Part shown: piece by piece, positions 12,151 through 25,054 of the stretch
How positions within the stretch are numbered: the first letter of the stretch is position 1
How the letters are laid out: each line of letters opens with the position of its first letter
Assembly: GCF_004010195.1 (NCBI RefSeq)
Contig: NC_057740.1
Coordinates: forward strand, 31,563,257 to 31,627,160
From: Chiloscyllium plagiosum
Taxonomy: Eukaryota
Direction of reading: 5' to 3'
DNA length: 63,904 nucleotides
Translations under genes and position numbers: made by a program
Notes under the pieces: generated by a model
Databases searched by the model: none
What the model saw: only the letters and a program-made list of their open reading frames with translations
What the model was told of the DNA's origin: nothing

Positions 12151-13789
12151 CAGACTTTTATGTTCCCTTTAGACAGGTCTAACTTTAACATCTGATCTGA
12201 AAGACAGCACCTCTGGAAGTGCAGAGCTCTCTTTGTACTGAACTGTAAACCTCGGTTTTTTCTGAGATGCAAACCTGGCTTTTGGAGATGGGCTTGAAAA
12301 CCACAAACTGAGCCAGGACTCATGTAAAATTCAAGAGGGCAAGTGCTGTCCAATTTTGACAATACAGATTTTTTCACATATCGTTTCACTTCCTAGTCAT
12401 GTGTTGCGTTGTCAAAATGAGAATGGATTAGAGGATGTGATTGGAAGATAGTATAAACCACATGGATTACTAAGGGGATTCCAAGAACTACAAAATAAAA
12501 CAAGCATCGTCGAGCAACACTGAAAGTTAGATTCAAGCACTCGCAGGCATGCATATTTCCTCAATTAAGCTGGTAACCACTAAACACAGAGAAAGACATG
12601 CAATGAAACCACAGTTGCTTCAGTGATATCACTGGCCTATAGACTATTTGACAAGAAAATTCCAGCCTCTGGCAGTATGAGACTCAGGGTAGCAATAGTC
12701 GAAAACCACACATACCAAGCTGCTAGCAGAGCGGAGTACAAACTCTACACATGGTTGCAAATATAAATAAGACTGAAAATTTCTGGCTTGGCTCCTTTCA
12801 CAGGTTTACTTTTCACTGCAGGCACGCCACTGCTATTGCATGCAAAACACGAAAATGTGGAGGGGGGTACGGGGTTGAAAATCCCCCATTTTTTTCTGTC
12901 TGTCAAGCCTCATCTTGTGTGAGGACAAAAGCCCAGATGAGACTGCACAATCCAGCAATAAACAAGCATCTGAACTGAAAGAGAAACGCAGCCTGCATAC
13001 ACAAGGTCTTATTTTCCCTGGTCAGGCAAAAGCACAATTACCTCTCATCCTGGAAAGATTGCTGAACACAAAAGGTCTCTGATTCTGCTTCAGGGACGAA
13101 ACCAAAGCTTCATCGAAGTAGAATTAGTCAGATCCGTGAAGGCATTTGAAGACTTTGTGCAGGCTCCATTTCAGCAAAGCAGTGACTGTTCTGGCACAGC
13201 ATAGAAACTCTTCTGTCCAATACTACCTCCTTTCAAAACAAGCACACCCAAGCAAGCACTAACATTAGAAATGTGCCCGTGACAACTTAAGATGCAGCTT
13301 TTACAAGATATATGCCGAATGAACATAACTCTGTTATTTGGCTGGTCCCATAATTAGTAAAGCAAGTAATGTAATGAAGATGATGTGCCTATGTAAATAA
13401 AATGTTGGCCTTTTCCTCTATTTAATGGAGCCATTTAAGTCTCAATAAAGATATCAATGGAAATAATAAAGGTAAATGCCAAAAGTGAGGAATAACATTG
13501 TTAGGGGTGTCCAGCTCTTAATTTCACTCTCTTAAAGAGCTATTACTGACTGTTAATGCAACCTGTTTAGAATGTGGAGCCGCATTGGTTTGGGATGAAG
13601 GTTTGGCACTACCATGGGTCGGAAGGGGAGTTGGCACTCTGATATTGGTGGCTGAAACTTGCAGTCCAGGAAGGAAGTGCCCTCTGCTCTTCCTTGCTCG
13701 CAAGGAATGCTCCTCATTGTATAAAGTCCCATCTGATTCCCCGTGTTAAAATTACCTCCTTCTGTGCTGCATGATCTCAGTGGATCATC

Positions 13790-14480
13790 ACTGGCTGTCC
13801 CTTGATTCGGGGACTATGTTTACTCAGGGTCATGGGTTTTTGTCATGGCTCTGCAGGTGACTGAACAGGCTAGATTTTGATCTGTAGATTTATGGGGCAG
13901 GGCATCTCAGAAGGTATGGTATCCAAAGAGTAGGGTTTGTTTTCTTTTCTTCTCTGCCTCATCATTAATATGTTGTGACTCAAAGTGCAAGGCAGCTTCC
14001 TCAACAAGCTATTGCCATTGTGAACAAATGATCACAAGCCCCTCACAGTCATTATGCCACTGGCTTCAAGGAAAGACTCAGGTGTCTTTAAAGCATTTTT
14101 TAAAAATCTCCTGCTGAAATGCTGGCTGTCTAAAAATTGAGAAGAGAAGAGGTGGAGGAGAAGATGCTTTTTGGCCACCCCGACACAACCCATCAAAACT
14201 GACTCTGCAGGAGTTTTGCCTGAACACTTGTGGAACTGGCTTCCAAGGAAGACACTAGTCTTTGTTGGGTGGACCTCCCATTGAATCCTAAGGAGGTAGA
14301 GGAGGTGATGCTGTTGGAATTTCTTGCGCACTCATATGTATAACTCTTGTGATACACAGCCTCGGTCTAATGACAGTACAGGAATGTGGTGATAACAACT
14401 GCTCTGTACTCTGAGAGTTTTGTTCATGTGCAGAGATCCTGATAGTTCAACACTGGCTGTCAGAGTGACTCATGACTCCA
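13790..14480 (-). mobile_element. RTE-clade LINE 3' fragment
   Basis: Minus strand gives LLRIQWE.., RRFLKNALK.., VEEAALHFE and SLFSHLQSH, typical of RTE ORF C-termini. Confidence 0.75.
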
Positions 14481-16289
14481 GTAGATACTATTCCACTAGT
14501 ACTAGCCACTGGTGCATAGCCAATATTAATTGTTTTCTTGGCAATGTTTAAGAATGTGTATTTTCCAATGATAGACAGTGGGCAGCAATCATGAGCAGAA
14601 TGCTTATTCTAGCTGAGGCACAGAAAACCATTTGTATCTCTCAATTTGATTCCTTGTCTGAGGTCAGCCAACTGAACAAAGACTGGGAACCTGGGGCTTC
14701 TATTATTGCTCTACAACTCACTGGCATTATTAACTGAACCACCAGTTAGAACAGAATCCTTTTCAGGCAACAACAATCAAACCTGTGTGGTGTTTTACCC
14801 GTCCTGCAAATCAACAGATTCCCAGGTACAGTAAGCCTTTAAATGCAGTGTCTAATTCAAACTGTTCACATTTATTCATTCATCTTTAAAGACAATCAAC
14901 TGTGAAAATGTTAAAACTGGAGTTTTTGGCAGACACACAAGACCAAGCTGCAGCTAGAATTAGTCAACTGACTCACCTATGTTCATTCATGGCTGCTGTT
15001 ATAACAGGTCACGCTAACCCAACCACAGGGTCATGCACACATCAACTCATAATCATAAATTCCTTGTTAGTATAAACACACAATAATAATTTGTGTTACT
15101 GGCTTGTAAGATGTTAAAGTGTGCAAGATTTACAGCATTTATAGTTTCTCACAGGGATGGGCTGACCTTATTTCCCCACAATTGGCAATCTATGCCTAAA
15201 CAACAAGCAAGCACAGCCAATACGATAAGGGCAAGCTGCAGACAACCAGACAATTTTGGCTCCTGTTGAAATTGTTGTTGGCTGCAGGAGTTAAAGCAGA
15301 GAATTGTTGGGATTCAACCAAGTAACATGTGATTCCCCACAGCCAAGGTCTTCTTCAGCTAAGTGTGAAGGCCACCCAGCAGGATAAGGGATTGTGATGT
15401 CAATCTCCTCAACACCTTTCCTCTTCTGTTACTAGCCAAAACAACTGACAATATGACAAGGGTATTGTAACTGAAACTGGGCACACCCCTTCCAATCAAA
15501 ATACGAAGATAGCTATCTCTTTCATAGCTCCAGTTATCAAGGCACAACGAGTGAGCTGCCCATTGGAAAACACTTTGAAGCTAAACACTGGAATGTTTCC
15601 AAAGTAGCCATTATGTTAATTCCCTTCCAGCCAAAGAAAGCTGGTATCTCTATTGTTAATTCTGTTCGGTCAACACAGACAGTATTTGTGTAAGCGCTAC
15701 AGACCTAATCCCATTTATGGCTTTTATATTTTAGGCATTTTTCAGCCTTTAACAACCTCCCAACTATTAAATGTGCTATCTTCAAACGTTTGTTGCACAA
15801 TACTCCAGATCAGAGCGTTGATGTGGTTGGCTGCTCCTGTACATTTTCAGGTTTCTACTCACTTTGATTTCAATAATGCGAAGGTCAAGCATATTCTGAA
15901 TCCAGTGATTCACATTCCACCAGAAAACCCATTTATTTTTCCCAAGGGGACCAGAAATATGATGGAAGCCCTCATACTGTGGAACGTAGATAATAAGGAC
16001 ACTCTGTATTCAGTGCAAACCACTTCCCTGACCTTGCACAAATAAGCCATAAAACCATAGAAAATAGGAACAGTGCCTCAAGCTTGCTCCACCACTCAAT
16101 AGGATCATGGCTGATCCAATGTACTCCTCATGTCCACTCTCCTGCCTTTTCCCTATACATAGGACCATAAGATGGTGGGAATATTTTGGTCACTAGAAGT
16201 ATTTGGATAAAGACTTCCCATTCGGCTGCAGCCTCCAAAGATTTCCAAGTGAGAGACCAATGCTTTTTGATAATAGACTTCTAAGATTG

Positions 16290-16493
16290 GAATCTAGAGT
16301 GTGGTGTTGGAAAAGCATAGCCAATCAGGCAGAATCTGAGGAGCAGGAGAATCCACATTTTGGGCATAAGCCCTTCATCGTATACCCGAAACATCAATTC
16401 TCCTGCTCCTCAGATGCTGCTTGACCGGCTATGTTTTTCCAGCACCACAACTCTCCACTCTGATCTCCAGCATCTGTAATCCTCACTTTCTTT
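16290..16493. mobile_element. Family A head-to-head fold-back pair
   Basis: Minus copy ends at 16379, GTATA filler, plus copy starts at 16385. TSD TTCTAAGATTG at 16279-16289 / 16494-16504. Confidence 0.9.
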
Positions 16494-16869
16494 TTCTAAG
16501 ATTGAAATGTCTATCTGAAGCACAATCAGTTATTGCCCTGGATTGATGAATTTGAAACAAGCTGCCAGATGAAGTGGTTTTGCGTTCTCCTTAACTCCCC
16601 TAAGAACCTGCTGCCTTCATTTCAATGCCAGATGCATATTGACTGTGAGTAGTGACCGGGCTTTCCTGGGCCTACAGGAAAAAGGAATGCATTATTCAAG
16701 ACCATATATCACTGAATCGGTGGAGTTCAGATTGTTGAAGAAGATTGTTTCATATTTGCTCTTGGGAAGGAGTAACTAGGCAACACTCAATGCCAAGGGA
16801 TTTCACAATCCCATTAGACCTTAGGGAAAACATAAAAACACTGGCATTAGCATGGGAACAGTAAGATAG

Positions 16870-17330
16870 TTAGAATGTTATTGTATCAGTAACCCAGAGG
16901 CCTGCGCTAATGCAATTGAGACATGAGTTCAACTCCCATCATTCTAACAGGGGAATTCAATTCAACTAATTAAATAAATCTGGAATCTTAAAAAAAACTA
17001 GCCTATATAATCTTAACCCTGAACTCACCACAGTCCTCTGGAGGAAGAAATCTGCTGTCATTACTCAGTCTGGCCGACATGTGGATATGTGGACATGTGG
17101 ACTTTCTTATGTATGGGGAAAAGGCAGGAGAATGGACATGTGGATATAGCGATATGCAGGACACGTAACTGCTCTCTGAAATGGCCCAGCAAGCCTTTGA
17201 GTTTTATCAAACTGCTAGCTCTACCATGGGATCTGAGCTGTTCAGGAAGGCTGTTCACCACCACCTTCTCTGGAGTAATTAGGAATGGATGCTGGACATT
17301 CCCAAAAGTGACCACACCACATGAGTGAAC
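16870..17330 (+). mobile_element. tRNA-headed SINE with L2-type tail
   Basis: cagtaacccagagg...gagttcaactccc head, gaaatctgctgtc core and L2-type tail. Contains a small internal (GGAYATGT) tandem at about 17076-17147. Confidence 0.7.
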
Positions 17331-18016
17331 AAAAAGAAACAAATTTTGCTACTGGTTAACATCAGAATGCCCCTAAAGATCACCATACAGTACTGCACTA
17401 TACTGATAAAGATCAGGTGAGTGTCTGTTATTATCAGGGAAAAAAAAACAAATATACACTGTGGAGTTGGGCCATTGGGTTTAGATACCTCAGAGAAAGC
17501 AACAAATGAGAACACTGAACCACGAGGGATTTTTCTTCCCTCTTGCTCTCTTCTAAAATGAACATAAAACATTACAGATCATGCACTCACATATACATCA
17601 GAACTAGAACCTAACGATTCAAAATTCAGTTCACTGACATTTTCTTTTCTTATCTAATTTGGTCATCCTTCAAGTAACAGGGAGTATAAACTTGTTAAAG
17701 TCAGCCTTGTACTTACAGAAGCAACTTGCCTTGGCTTTATCCTTGAAATATATCCCGCAGGTGCAAATTTGGAGATGAATAGTTCAAAAATGGCCCTCTT
17801 TAAAAGAAAAGAAGAAACTCAGCGACAAAATGTCTGGCCAAATGGCTGGGTCAATTGCCTTTGGGCACCACGTCAACTCGTGGCCAAGGCCAAGTCATGT
17901 CATGTTGCAACGTTCAATTGGGGAGAGATTATAGTTGGCCACCCTCATCAGAAGGTCAGCCATGCCTTTTAAAAAAGAACTAAGAACTCATACACACATG
18001 CTTACTGAAAATTCCA

Positions 18017-18189
18017 ATAACACCAGGTTATAGGCCGACAGGTTTATTTGAAATTGCAAGGTTTCAGAGCGCTGCTCCATCCTCATACCTGAAAGCTTAC
18101 AATTTCAATTAAACCTGCTGGAATATAATCTGGCATCACTTGATTTTTGACCTTATCCACCCCAGTCCAACTCCGGCACCTCTACATCT
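18017..18189. mobile_element. Family D PLE head-to-head fold-back pair
   Basis: Inverted arms (caccaggttataggccgacaggttt / aaacctgctggaatataatctgg) joined in the hammerhead at about 18085. TSD TGAAAATTCCA at 18006-18016 / 18190-18200. Confidence 0.85.
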
Positions 18190-18334
18190 TGAAAATTCCA
18201 GGCCTCTATTGAATTGACACACTGTAGTGGTGGAAGTACAGCAATGTTACAAATTAGTTTAACAGTAAGAAAAGGATGTTGATTCCTGATGGGCTGAGAG
18301 GTTCCAGCTGACTGAATGCAGTGTTCATGTCAAT

Positions 18335-18957
18335 TGTGACAAAACTATGGCTTTAAGAGGTGTCTTTTATCCTGTTTTGTTTTGAAGAAAGGTTAATACG
18401 GAGGTGCTGAGCAGTCAACTCCAAAGCTAATAAAGAAAACAGATTGTGAGGACTTGGTTTTTTTTAAAGTTGCAACAATAGAAGCAGCCTGAATGGGTGG
18501 GGTCAAGCTTCCACAGAAGCAGGATTTTTAGTTTTAGTTTTTCATTAGCAGATGTGGGGTCTTGAAGCTGGGTGTGGAAGCTGTTACTTCTCTCTCAGTT
18601 ACAGCTAAAAGTTGAGGTTCTCTTCCTGCTGCTCATGTGAGACAATACTTTAATTTGCCTCTGCCAATGGTGTGGTTATGGGATGTTATTGCATTGGAAC
18701 AGTTGCTGCTTAGTAATTAAATAATCTATTATTCTGTTACGTTTTCCAATAGAGATAAGTTATTCTGATTTCTTCTTTCTTTTGTTGTCTTTTAACAATA
18801 GTGTATGGATGAGGTGTTTCCCTTCAGGTTTGGGAGTTTGACCAATTGAATTGCATCTGGAAAGCAACACCTGGCACTTGTCTTTAAAATAAGAAAAAGT
18901 AAATGGCTAGGCTATCTTCTTCATATATTTTAAGGGGGTTTGGTCTAGTCCATAACA
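18335..18957. mobile_element. Probable solo LTR (Gypsy-like)
   Basis: TGTGAC...ATAACA termini, 623 bp long, with flanks CAAT / CAGT (3 of 4 match as a 4-bp TSD). Confidence 0.55.
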
Positions 18958-18979
18958 CAGTTGAGCACCATCAGGTATC

Positions 18980-19070
18980 ACCAGTTCTGAGGAAGGGTTA
19001 CTCAACCCAAAACATTAACTTTCATTTCTGTCCAAGATGTTACCAGACCTGCAATTTCTGTTTTTGTTTC
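18980..19070 (+). mobile_element. Family B pLTR fragment with decayed hammerhead
   Basis: AGTT-CTGAGGA-AGGGTT ACTC AACCC-AAAACATT-AACT (18983-19020). Confidence 0.8.
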
Positions 19071-19902
19071 TATGCACCATCTTGGCATTTACTCAATATT
19101 TGAAATGCTGGCTCTTTAATGGCCAGCAGATTGTGCATTCTAGCTGGGAGATGTTTTTAAAAGTGTTTTCATAGGAAGCTTGGAAGACTACTTTGCACTG
19201 AATGTATTTCACCCATTGGCAATGTTTGTCTTTGATTCAAAATCTATGCCAAGTTTACATTTGGCTTCACATTGATGCATGTTGTTTACATTTCATTAGT
19301 AGTGAGAGCAAGGAATCAAGTTAGCCAGTTCCAAATCCAGGCTCACAGATGAAAATGCCTCATAAAATATCCCAGACATGTAAAACACAAAAGCTAGCTG
19401 GATCCAAAGAACATGCAAGAGAAGTGATGTCAGACCCCTGCAGAGCACCGGACCATGTGTCACAACATCACTGAAGGACTTCCTCAGTGAAATCCTTGGT
19501 CTAAACATCTTCCTTAATGACTTTTTGTACAATCAAAGACATGGAAAGGGCTTTTCCCAGACCATTCCACAATGTTTAACTCATTCAGAACACTAATGAC
19601 CACTGCAGTACCACCCATGAATGGAACTGGACAGAACTCCATACGAAAAAAGCCACATAGAAAATAGGAATGGTATAGGCTATTCGGCCCCTCAAGCCTG
19701 CTCCACCATTCAACAGGAACAAGGCTGACCTGCCCCAGTTTTCAACGACAACTCTTCATTCATGCGACATAGCCCTCAACTTCCTGATATTTCAAAAATC
19801 TATGTACCTCAACTTCAAAGGAGGCCAAAATTGTACACAGTACTCTTGGTGCGACCTCACCAACACCCTGTCGGGTTGTAATAAGGCTTCCCCATTTTCA
19901 AA

Positions 19903-20161
19903 GTTGAGACATGTGGTACTGAAGAAGCACAGCAGGTCAGGCAGCATCCGAAGAGGAGGAGAGGCGATGTTTCGAGCATAAGCCCTTCATCAGGAATGTG
20001 GGGGAGGGTGGAGGGAAGGAGATGGGGGTTGAGAGATAAGTAGGTGGGGTTGGGGGAATGGTAGCTGGGAAGGCGATCGGTAAATACAAGTGGGAGGTGA
20101 TGGTGATAGGTCAGAGCTGAGGGTGGAGTGGATAGGTGGGAAGGAAGATGGACAGGTGGGA
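19903..20161 (-). mobile_element. Family A-related PLE pLTR
   Basis: Reverse complement reads ATTC-CTGATGA-AGGGCTTATGCTC-GAAACATC. TSD CATTTTCAAA at 19893-19902 / 20162-20171. Confidence 0.9.
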
Positions 20162-20379
20162 CATTTTCAAACTCCAACCCTCATGCAAATACGCCAAAAT
20201 TCTCTTTGTTTTCTTAAATACCTGCTGCCAACTACAATGTTTCATCCACAAGAACACCCAATTCCCTTTGTACTGCACTTTGTAGACTCTTGCTCCATTT
20301 CAATAATAGTCTGCTTTTCGACTGTGCTCCTACTAAAGTGCATGATCGCACACTTTCCTAAATTAAACTACATCTCCAT

Positions 20380-20655
20380 TGTGCAGAAGGTACAAACGCT
20401 CAAACACACTTACTACCAGATTCAAAAACAGCTCCTTCCTTGTGTTATTAGATTTCTGAATAGACCTCTCAAATTTCAAATTTAATGTTGGCCTCACTGT
20501 TGGTGCACCTTCTCTGCAGCAGTAACATTGTATTCCTCGATCTGTTCTATTACCCTAATGCACTTTGTATGGTGTGGTCTGGCTGTACTGCAGGCAAAAC
20601 AAAACCTTTCATTGCAGCTCAGTGTGTGTGACAATAATAAATCAAATCAAATAAA
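20380..20655 (+). mobile_element. Rex1/Babar LINE 3' end
   Basis: RRY...TTRFKNS..VIRFLN-like C-terminus and gtgacaataataaatcaaatcaaa tail. Confidence 0.75.
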
Positions 20656-21076
20656 AAAAATTGCCATGCTTTGCCCGCTCACTCAACTTATTTATATCTC
20701 CTTGCAGATTCCATATATCTTCATCACAACATCCCTTCCAACTATTTTTCTAGGGTCAGCAAATTTGGATACATTATACTCCATCCCCTCCTCCATTTCA
20801 TTAATACAGTGATAATAATAGAGCAAACAACTGAGCCCCTGGGACTGATCCTTGGGGAACTCCACTAGTTATTTTATTACAACCTAAAAAAGACCATTTA
20901 TCCTGATTCTTTCACTTCTATCTGTTAACAAATCCTCAATCCATTCTGATACATTATCCAAGGCCATGACCTCCAAATTTGTGCAATGATCTTTTCTATG
21001 GCACCTTTGAAAGTCTAAGATACTGTACATCTTCCAGTTCCACTTTATTAACGCTACTTGTTACATCCTCAAAGAT

Positions 21077-21167
21077 GGGAATGTGTTGCTGGAAAAGCGC
21101 AGCAGGTCAGGCAGCATCCAGGGAACAGGAGAATCGACGTTTCGGGCATAAGCCCTTCTTCAGGAAG
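21077..21167 (-). mobile_element. Family A mini-insertion (91 bp)
   Basis: TSD ATCCTCAAAGAT at 21065-21076 / 21168-21179. Confidence 0.92.
21132..21166 (-). ncRNA. Minimal hammerhead ribozyme motif, intact core
   Basis: Reverse complement reads TTC-CTGAAGA-A-GGGC TTAT GCCC-GAAA-C-GTC-GATT. Stem I is weak. Confidence 0.7.
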
Positions 21168-21741
21168 ATCCTCAAAGATCCCTAGCAAACTTGTAAAACA
21201 TGCCTCACCTTTCACAAAACCATATTGATCCTGATTGTGATACATTATTCTAAATTCCCAGCTATTGCTTTTTTAATAATAGATCCTTTGTTAATCATAG
21301 GTAGTTCATCCATTTCACAGAGTTGTCTTTTTTGACCAGAATAAGTTTTTGCTGCACTTTATGAAATATCTGGTTGTTTGCCATTGATTTTCCCCTTAGT
21401 TTATTTTCCCATCCCACTTTAGCAACTTTTTCTTCATATTTCTGTCATTGTCCTTATCTAAGTTGAGAGCATTGATTTGAGACCTGAGTTGCTCTTTAAC
21501 AAATTGAATTTGAAACTCTACTATGTTGAGATGGCTACTTCCTAGCGGGTCCTTCACTGAGATCTCTTATTAATTCTACCATAATCCAGTCGGTTAATGT
21601 TACAATGTTATACTCTGCAGATCACGACTGTAACCTAAGCCGCTCTACAACACTTAAAGTCTGCTTAAATATGGAAGGATGAGATGACAAAGTAACACCA
21701 GAGTGGATGTACATTTGCTTGCTGGGCTGGAAGGTTTGTTT

Positions 21742-21781
21742 TCAGAGGTTTCGTCACCATACTAGGTAACATCATCAGTGA
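21742..21781 (-). ncRNA. Family E hammerhead motif (one stem III substitution)
   Basis: Reverse complement reads TCA-CTGATGA-T-GTTACC TAGTAT GGTGAC-GAAA-C-CTC-TGA. A more decayed twin lies at 24086-24125 (+). Confidence 0.7.
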
Positions 21782-22254
21782 GCCTCTGGTGAAGCTCTGG
21801 TGGTATGGCCTACTTTTTATTTATGTGCTTACGATTCCTTGAGTTGGCGATGTCATTTCCTGTGATGATGTCATTTCCTGTTATTTTTCTCAGGGGTTGG
21901 CAAATGGGATCCAAGTTAATGCTTCTAGGAATTCTCATGCATGTCTCTGTTTGGCTTGACCTAGGATGGATGTGTTGTCCCAGTCAAAATGGTGTCCTTC
22001 CTCATCTGTATGTAAAGATACTTGTGAGAGTGAGTTATGTCTTTTTGTGGTTAGTTGATGTTCATGTATCCTGGTGGTTAGTTTTCTGCCTGTTTGTCCA
22101 ATGGGGTGTTTGTTATAGTTCTTGCAAGGTATTTTGTAAATGACATTAGCTTTGCTTGTTGTCTGTGTAGGGTCTTTCAAGTTCATGAGCTGCTATTTTA
22201 GTGTATTAGTGGGTTTGTGGGCTACCATGCCAAGAGGTCTGAGTGGTCTGGCAG

Positions 22255-23990
22255 GTAGCAACACTTACCAACAAGTGGCGATAGATCTGACCCCACAACT
22301 AGAGAAACGAAACACAGCCCTTCTCAAAAAACTTCAGAGATCTGGAGAAATAAATAAGACTGACTTCCAAACAATGAAACCAGACAGATCCGACTCACCA
22401 CGTTTCTATGGATTAACCAAAATTCACAAACCAGGAGCCCCCCTCAGACCCATAGTCTCACTACCTGGAACACCAACTTACAGATCGGCCAAGGAGCGAC
22501 ACCAAAGACTAAAACATTTAGTAGAAGACTCACACCACTCCATCCACTCCACCCAAGAATTCCTGAAGACCATCAAAGACTCCAAGATAGAAGAGGATGA
22601 AATAATGGTCTCCTTTGATGTAACAGCCCTGTGCACATCCATCAACATCAACCTGGCCAAGGAAACACTGATTACCCTATTAGAAGAACCAAAGACACAT
22701 ACACCAAACACCACCAACTTCATCAGCAAGGACAGTATTGTCAAGCTAGTGGACCTATGCCCCACTACCCACTCCACCTTCAACAACAAAACCTACAGAC
22801 AAACCAACAGAACACCCATGGGATCACCGATATCAGGGTTCTTAGCAGAGGCAGTAATGCAGAGACTCAAACAAACAGCTCTACCAACCATCTAACCTAA
22901 ATCTTGGGTCAGCTACGTGGATAACACCTTAGTCATCACTAAACGAGACAAATCAGAGGAAACCTTCAAGACCATCAACAATATGGTTATTGGCATAAAA
23001 TTCACTAAAGAGGAAGAAAACAACAACAAACTGCCATTCCTAGATGTCACAGTACAGCGAACAGCCAATGGGGAATTTCAAACCAGCGTCTACAGGAAAA
23101 CAACACATAAGGACCAAATATTGAACTACAGAAGCAATCATCCCAATGCCCACAAACGAAGTTGCATTAGAACATTATTTCAATGAGCCACCACACATTG
23201 CAGCACACAGGAACTACAAAGAGCAGAGGAAAATCACTTTTACAGTGTATTCAAAAAGAACGGGTACCCAATGAACACAGTCCACCGATTTCTCAACAAC
23301 AAACCCAAACAAGCAGACAAAACATGTCCAGAAACCCTAGCCACTCTCCCCTACATCAAAGACATCTCAGAAATGACTGCCAGGCTACTCAGACCTCTTG
23401 GCATCATGGTAGCCCACAACCCAACCAACACACTAAAACAGCAGCTAATGAACTTGAAAGACCCTATACAGAAAAACAAGCAAAACTAATGTCATTTACA
23501 AAATAACTTGCAAGAACTGTAACAAACACTACGTTGGACAAACAGGCAGAAAACTAGCCACCAGGATACATGAACATCAACTAGCCACAAAAAGACATGA
23601 ACCACTCTCACTAGTATCTTTACATACAGATGAGGAAGGTATGGAATGAGCTGCCAGAGGATGTGGTGGAGGCTGGTACAATTGCAACATTTAAGAGGCA
23701 TTTGGATGGGTATATGAATACGAAGGGTTTGGAGGGATATGGGCTGGGTGCTGGCAGGTGGGACTATATTGGGTTGGGATATCTGGTCGGCATGGACGGG
23801 TTGGACCGATGGGTCTGTTTCCATGCTGTACATCTCTATGACTCGATGACTGGGACAACACATCCATCCTTGGACAAGTCAAACAGAGACACACATGAGA
23901 ATTCCCAGAAGCATGGCATTTCAACCGGAACTCTATCAACAAACACATTGACTTGGATCTCATTTACCACCCCCTGAGAAAAAGAACCAG
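22255..23990 (+). pseudogene. PLE reverse transcriptase / GIY-YIG endonuclease, disrupted
   Basis: PRFYGLTKIHKPGAPLRPIVS, SFDVTAL, PMGSPIS, YVDN, LPFLDV, YRKTTH, NHPNAHK and VIYKI..C..YVGQTGRKL..RIHEH, with stops and frameshifts. Confidence 0.95.
23639..23851 (+). mobile_element. CR1 3' end inserted in the PLE GIY-YIG domain
   Basis: VWNELPEDVVEAGTIATFKRHLD and ctatgactcgatgact tail. Absent from the inverted arm. Confidence 0.95.
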
Positions 23991-24219
23991 AAATGACATC
24001 ATCACAGTAAATGATGTCAACAACCCAAGGAAACCTAAGCACAAAAATAAAAAGTGGGCCATACCACCAGTGCTTCACTGGAGGCTCTCTAATGATGTTA
24101 CGTACTACGGTGACAAAACATCTGAAAACAAACCTTCCAGCTCAGTGAGCAAACTTACATCCAGAACCCCAACCAGAGCTATAAATCATCTCAAAATTTG
24201 CTAACACCAGAGTGCTAGC

Positions 24220-24630
24220 TAAAGTCAAAGTTATTATAATTCAAGAGGACCATAACGCTACTTTCTCATTGGATATCTTAAAGGTCACCATGCCTCAGGT
24301 GAGGGGAGAGGTTGAGAAAGTAGGCCATTCAAGGTGACTTCAGCTGGTACAGGAATTTTACCCACACTGTTGGCATCTCTTTGCATTTCAAACCAGCCAT
24401 CCAGTCACTACCACAGAAGGCTATGAGGCCAGGTCATTGAGTATATTTAATATGGAGATAGATAGCTTCCTAACCGTAAAGGGGATCAAGGATTATGGAA
24501 GAAAGTGGGAAAATAGGTTTGAGAAACTTATCAGCCTTGAATGAATGGCAGAGCAGACTCAATGGGCTGAATGGCCTAATTTCTGCTCCTATGTCTTATG
24601 GTCTTATGGTCAACTGAACTAACCAACCCC
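24220..24630 (-). mobile_element. tRNA-derived SINE split by a plus-strand CR1 3' end (about 24410-24610)
   Basis: Homologous to 30590-30812. The CR1 piece ends in (cttatggt)n and the SINE head resumes at caactgaactaacc. Confidence 0.7.
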
Positions 24631-25022
24631 TAAGCCAGTGTTAGCTACTGAACATCTCTATCAAGAGACTGCCTAGCTTTCACCATCATTAAATTCTCCA
24701 CAACTATCCAACTATAATTAGATAGAAGGTAAATCAATCTAAAAGAGCAGAAGGGAGACCAGTTACTTGAGTTGTTCTCCTCTACATCCTTTAATAACTC
24801 CTCACCATCTGCAATTTATGCTCAATTTATCTGACCAGGCACAGTTACATCTCTGAAGAAGCTTGGCATGATTGAGCAGATCGTTTGATTGCTCCCTGGT
24901 GATTTGGCAAGATGTCACTTCATTCCACCATTAGTGAACCAATGCTGTAGTATGTGACCTACAGGATGCACTATAGCATCTCATTTAGATTATCTCGACA
25001 ACACCAATTGCCTCTGCAAGTT

Positions 25023-25054
25023 CTGAAGAAGGGCATGTGCCCGAAACGTCGAAT
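25023..25054 (+). ncRNA. Minimal hammerhead motif, intact core
   Basis: CTGAAGA-A-GGGC ATGT GCCC-GAAA-C-GTC-GAAT. Confidence 0.7.

Larger units (their letters stand above)
11355..12350 (-). mobile_element. DeuSINE-type SINE split by PLE insertions
   Basis: 3' half at 11355-11580 (ttttgaagtgtagacagtt...aaatattggctaggac) and 5' half at 12175-12350 (tttaacatctgatctgaaagacagcacctc...). Confidence 0.7.
19655..21580 (-). mobile_element. Old CR1 LINE carrying three younger insertions
   Basis: CR1 tail catagaaaatagga...attcggcccctcaagcctgctcc and RT remnants, e.g. tcagcaaatttgg (KFAD) and ccttggggaactcc (GVPQG). Confidence 0.8.
21706..24201 (+). mobile_element. Penelope-like retroelement (family E): inverted 5' arm, RT/GIY-YIG body and 3' pLTR
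   Basis: About 21704-22254 is an inverted copy of about 23377-24162. 13-bp TSD TAACACCAGAGTG at 21693-21705 / 24202-24214. Confidence 0.95.

Noticed and set aside
13088-13115. GACGAAACC as another hammerhead
   Set aside because: There is no upstream CTGANGA or stem II.
13042-13230. Minus-strand exon-like segment with AG/GT ends
   Set aside because: It has stops in all three frames, so it could only be non-coding, and I cannot test that here.
22140-22895. 251-aa ORF as an intact CDS
   Set aside because: It is chimeric: the first ~38 codons are the antisense inverted arm and the rest is PLE RT ending at a premature stop.
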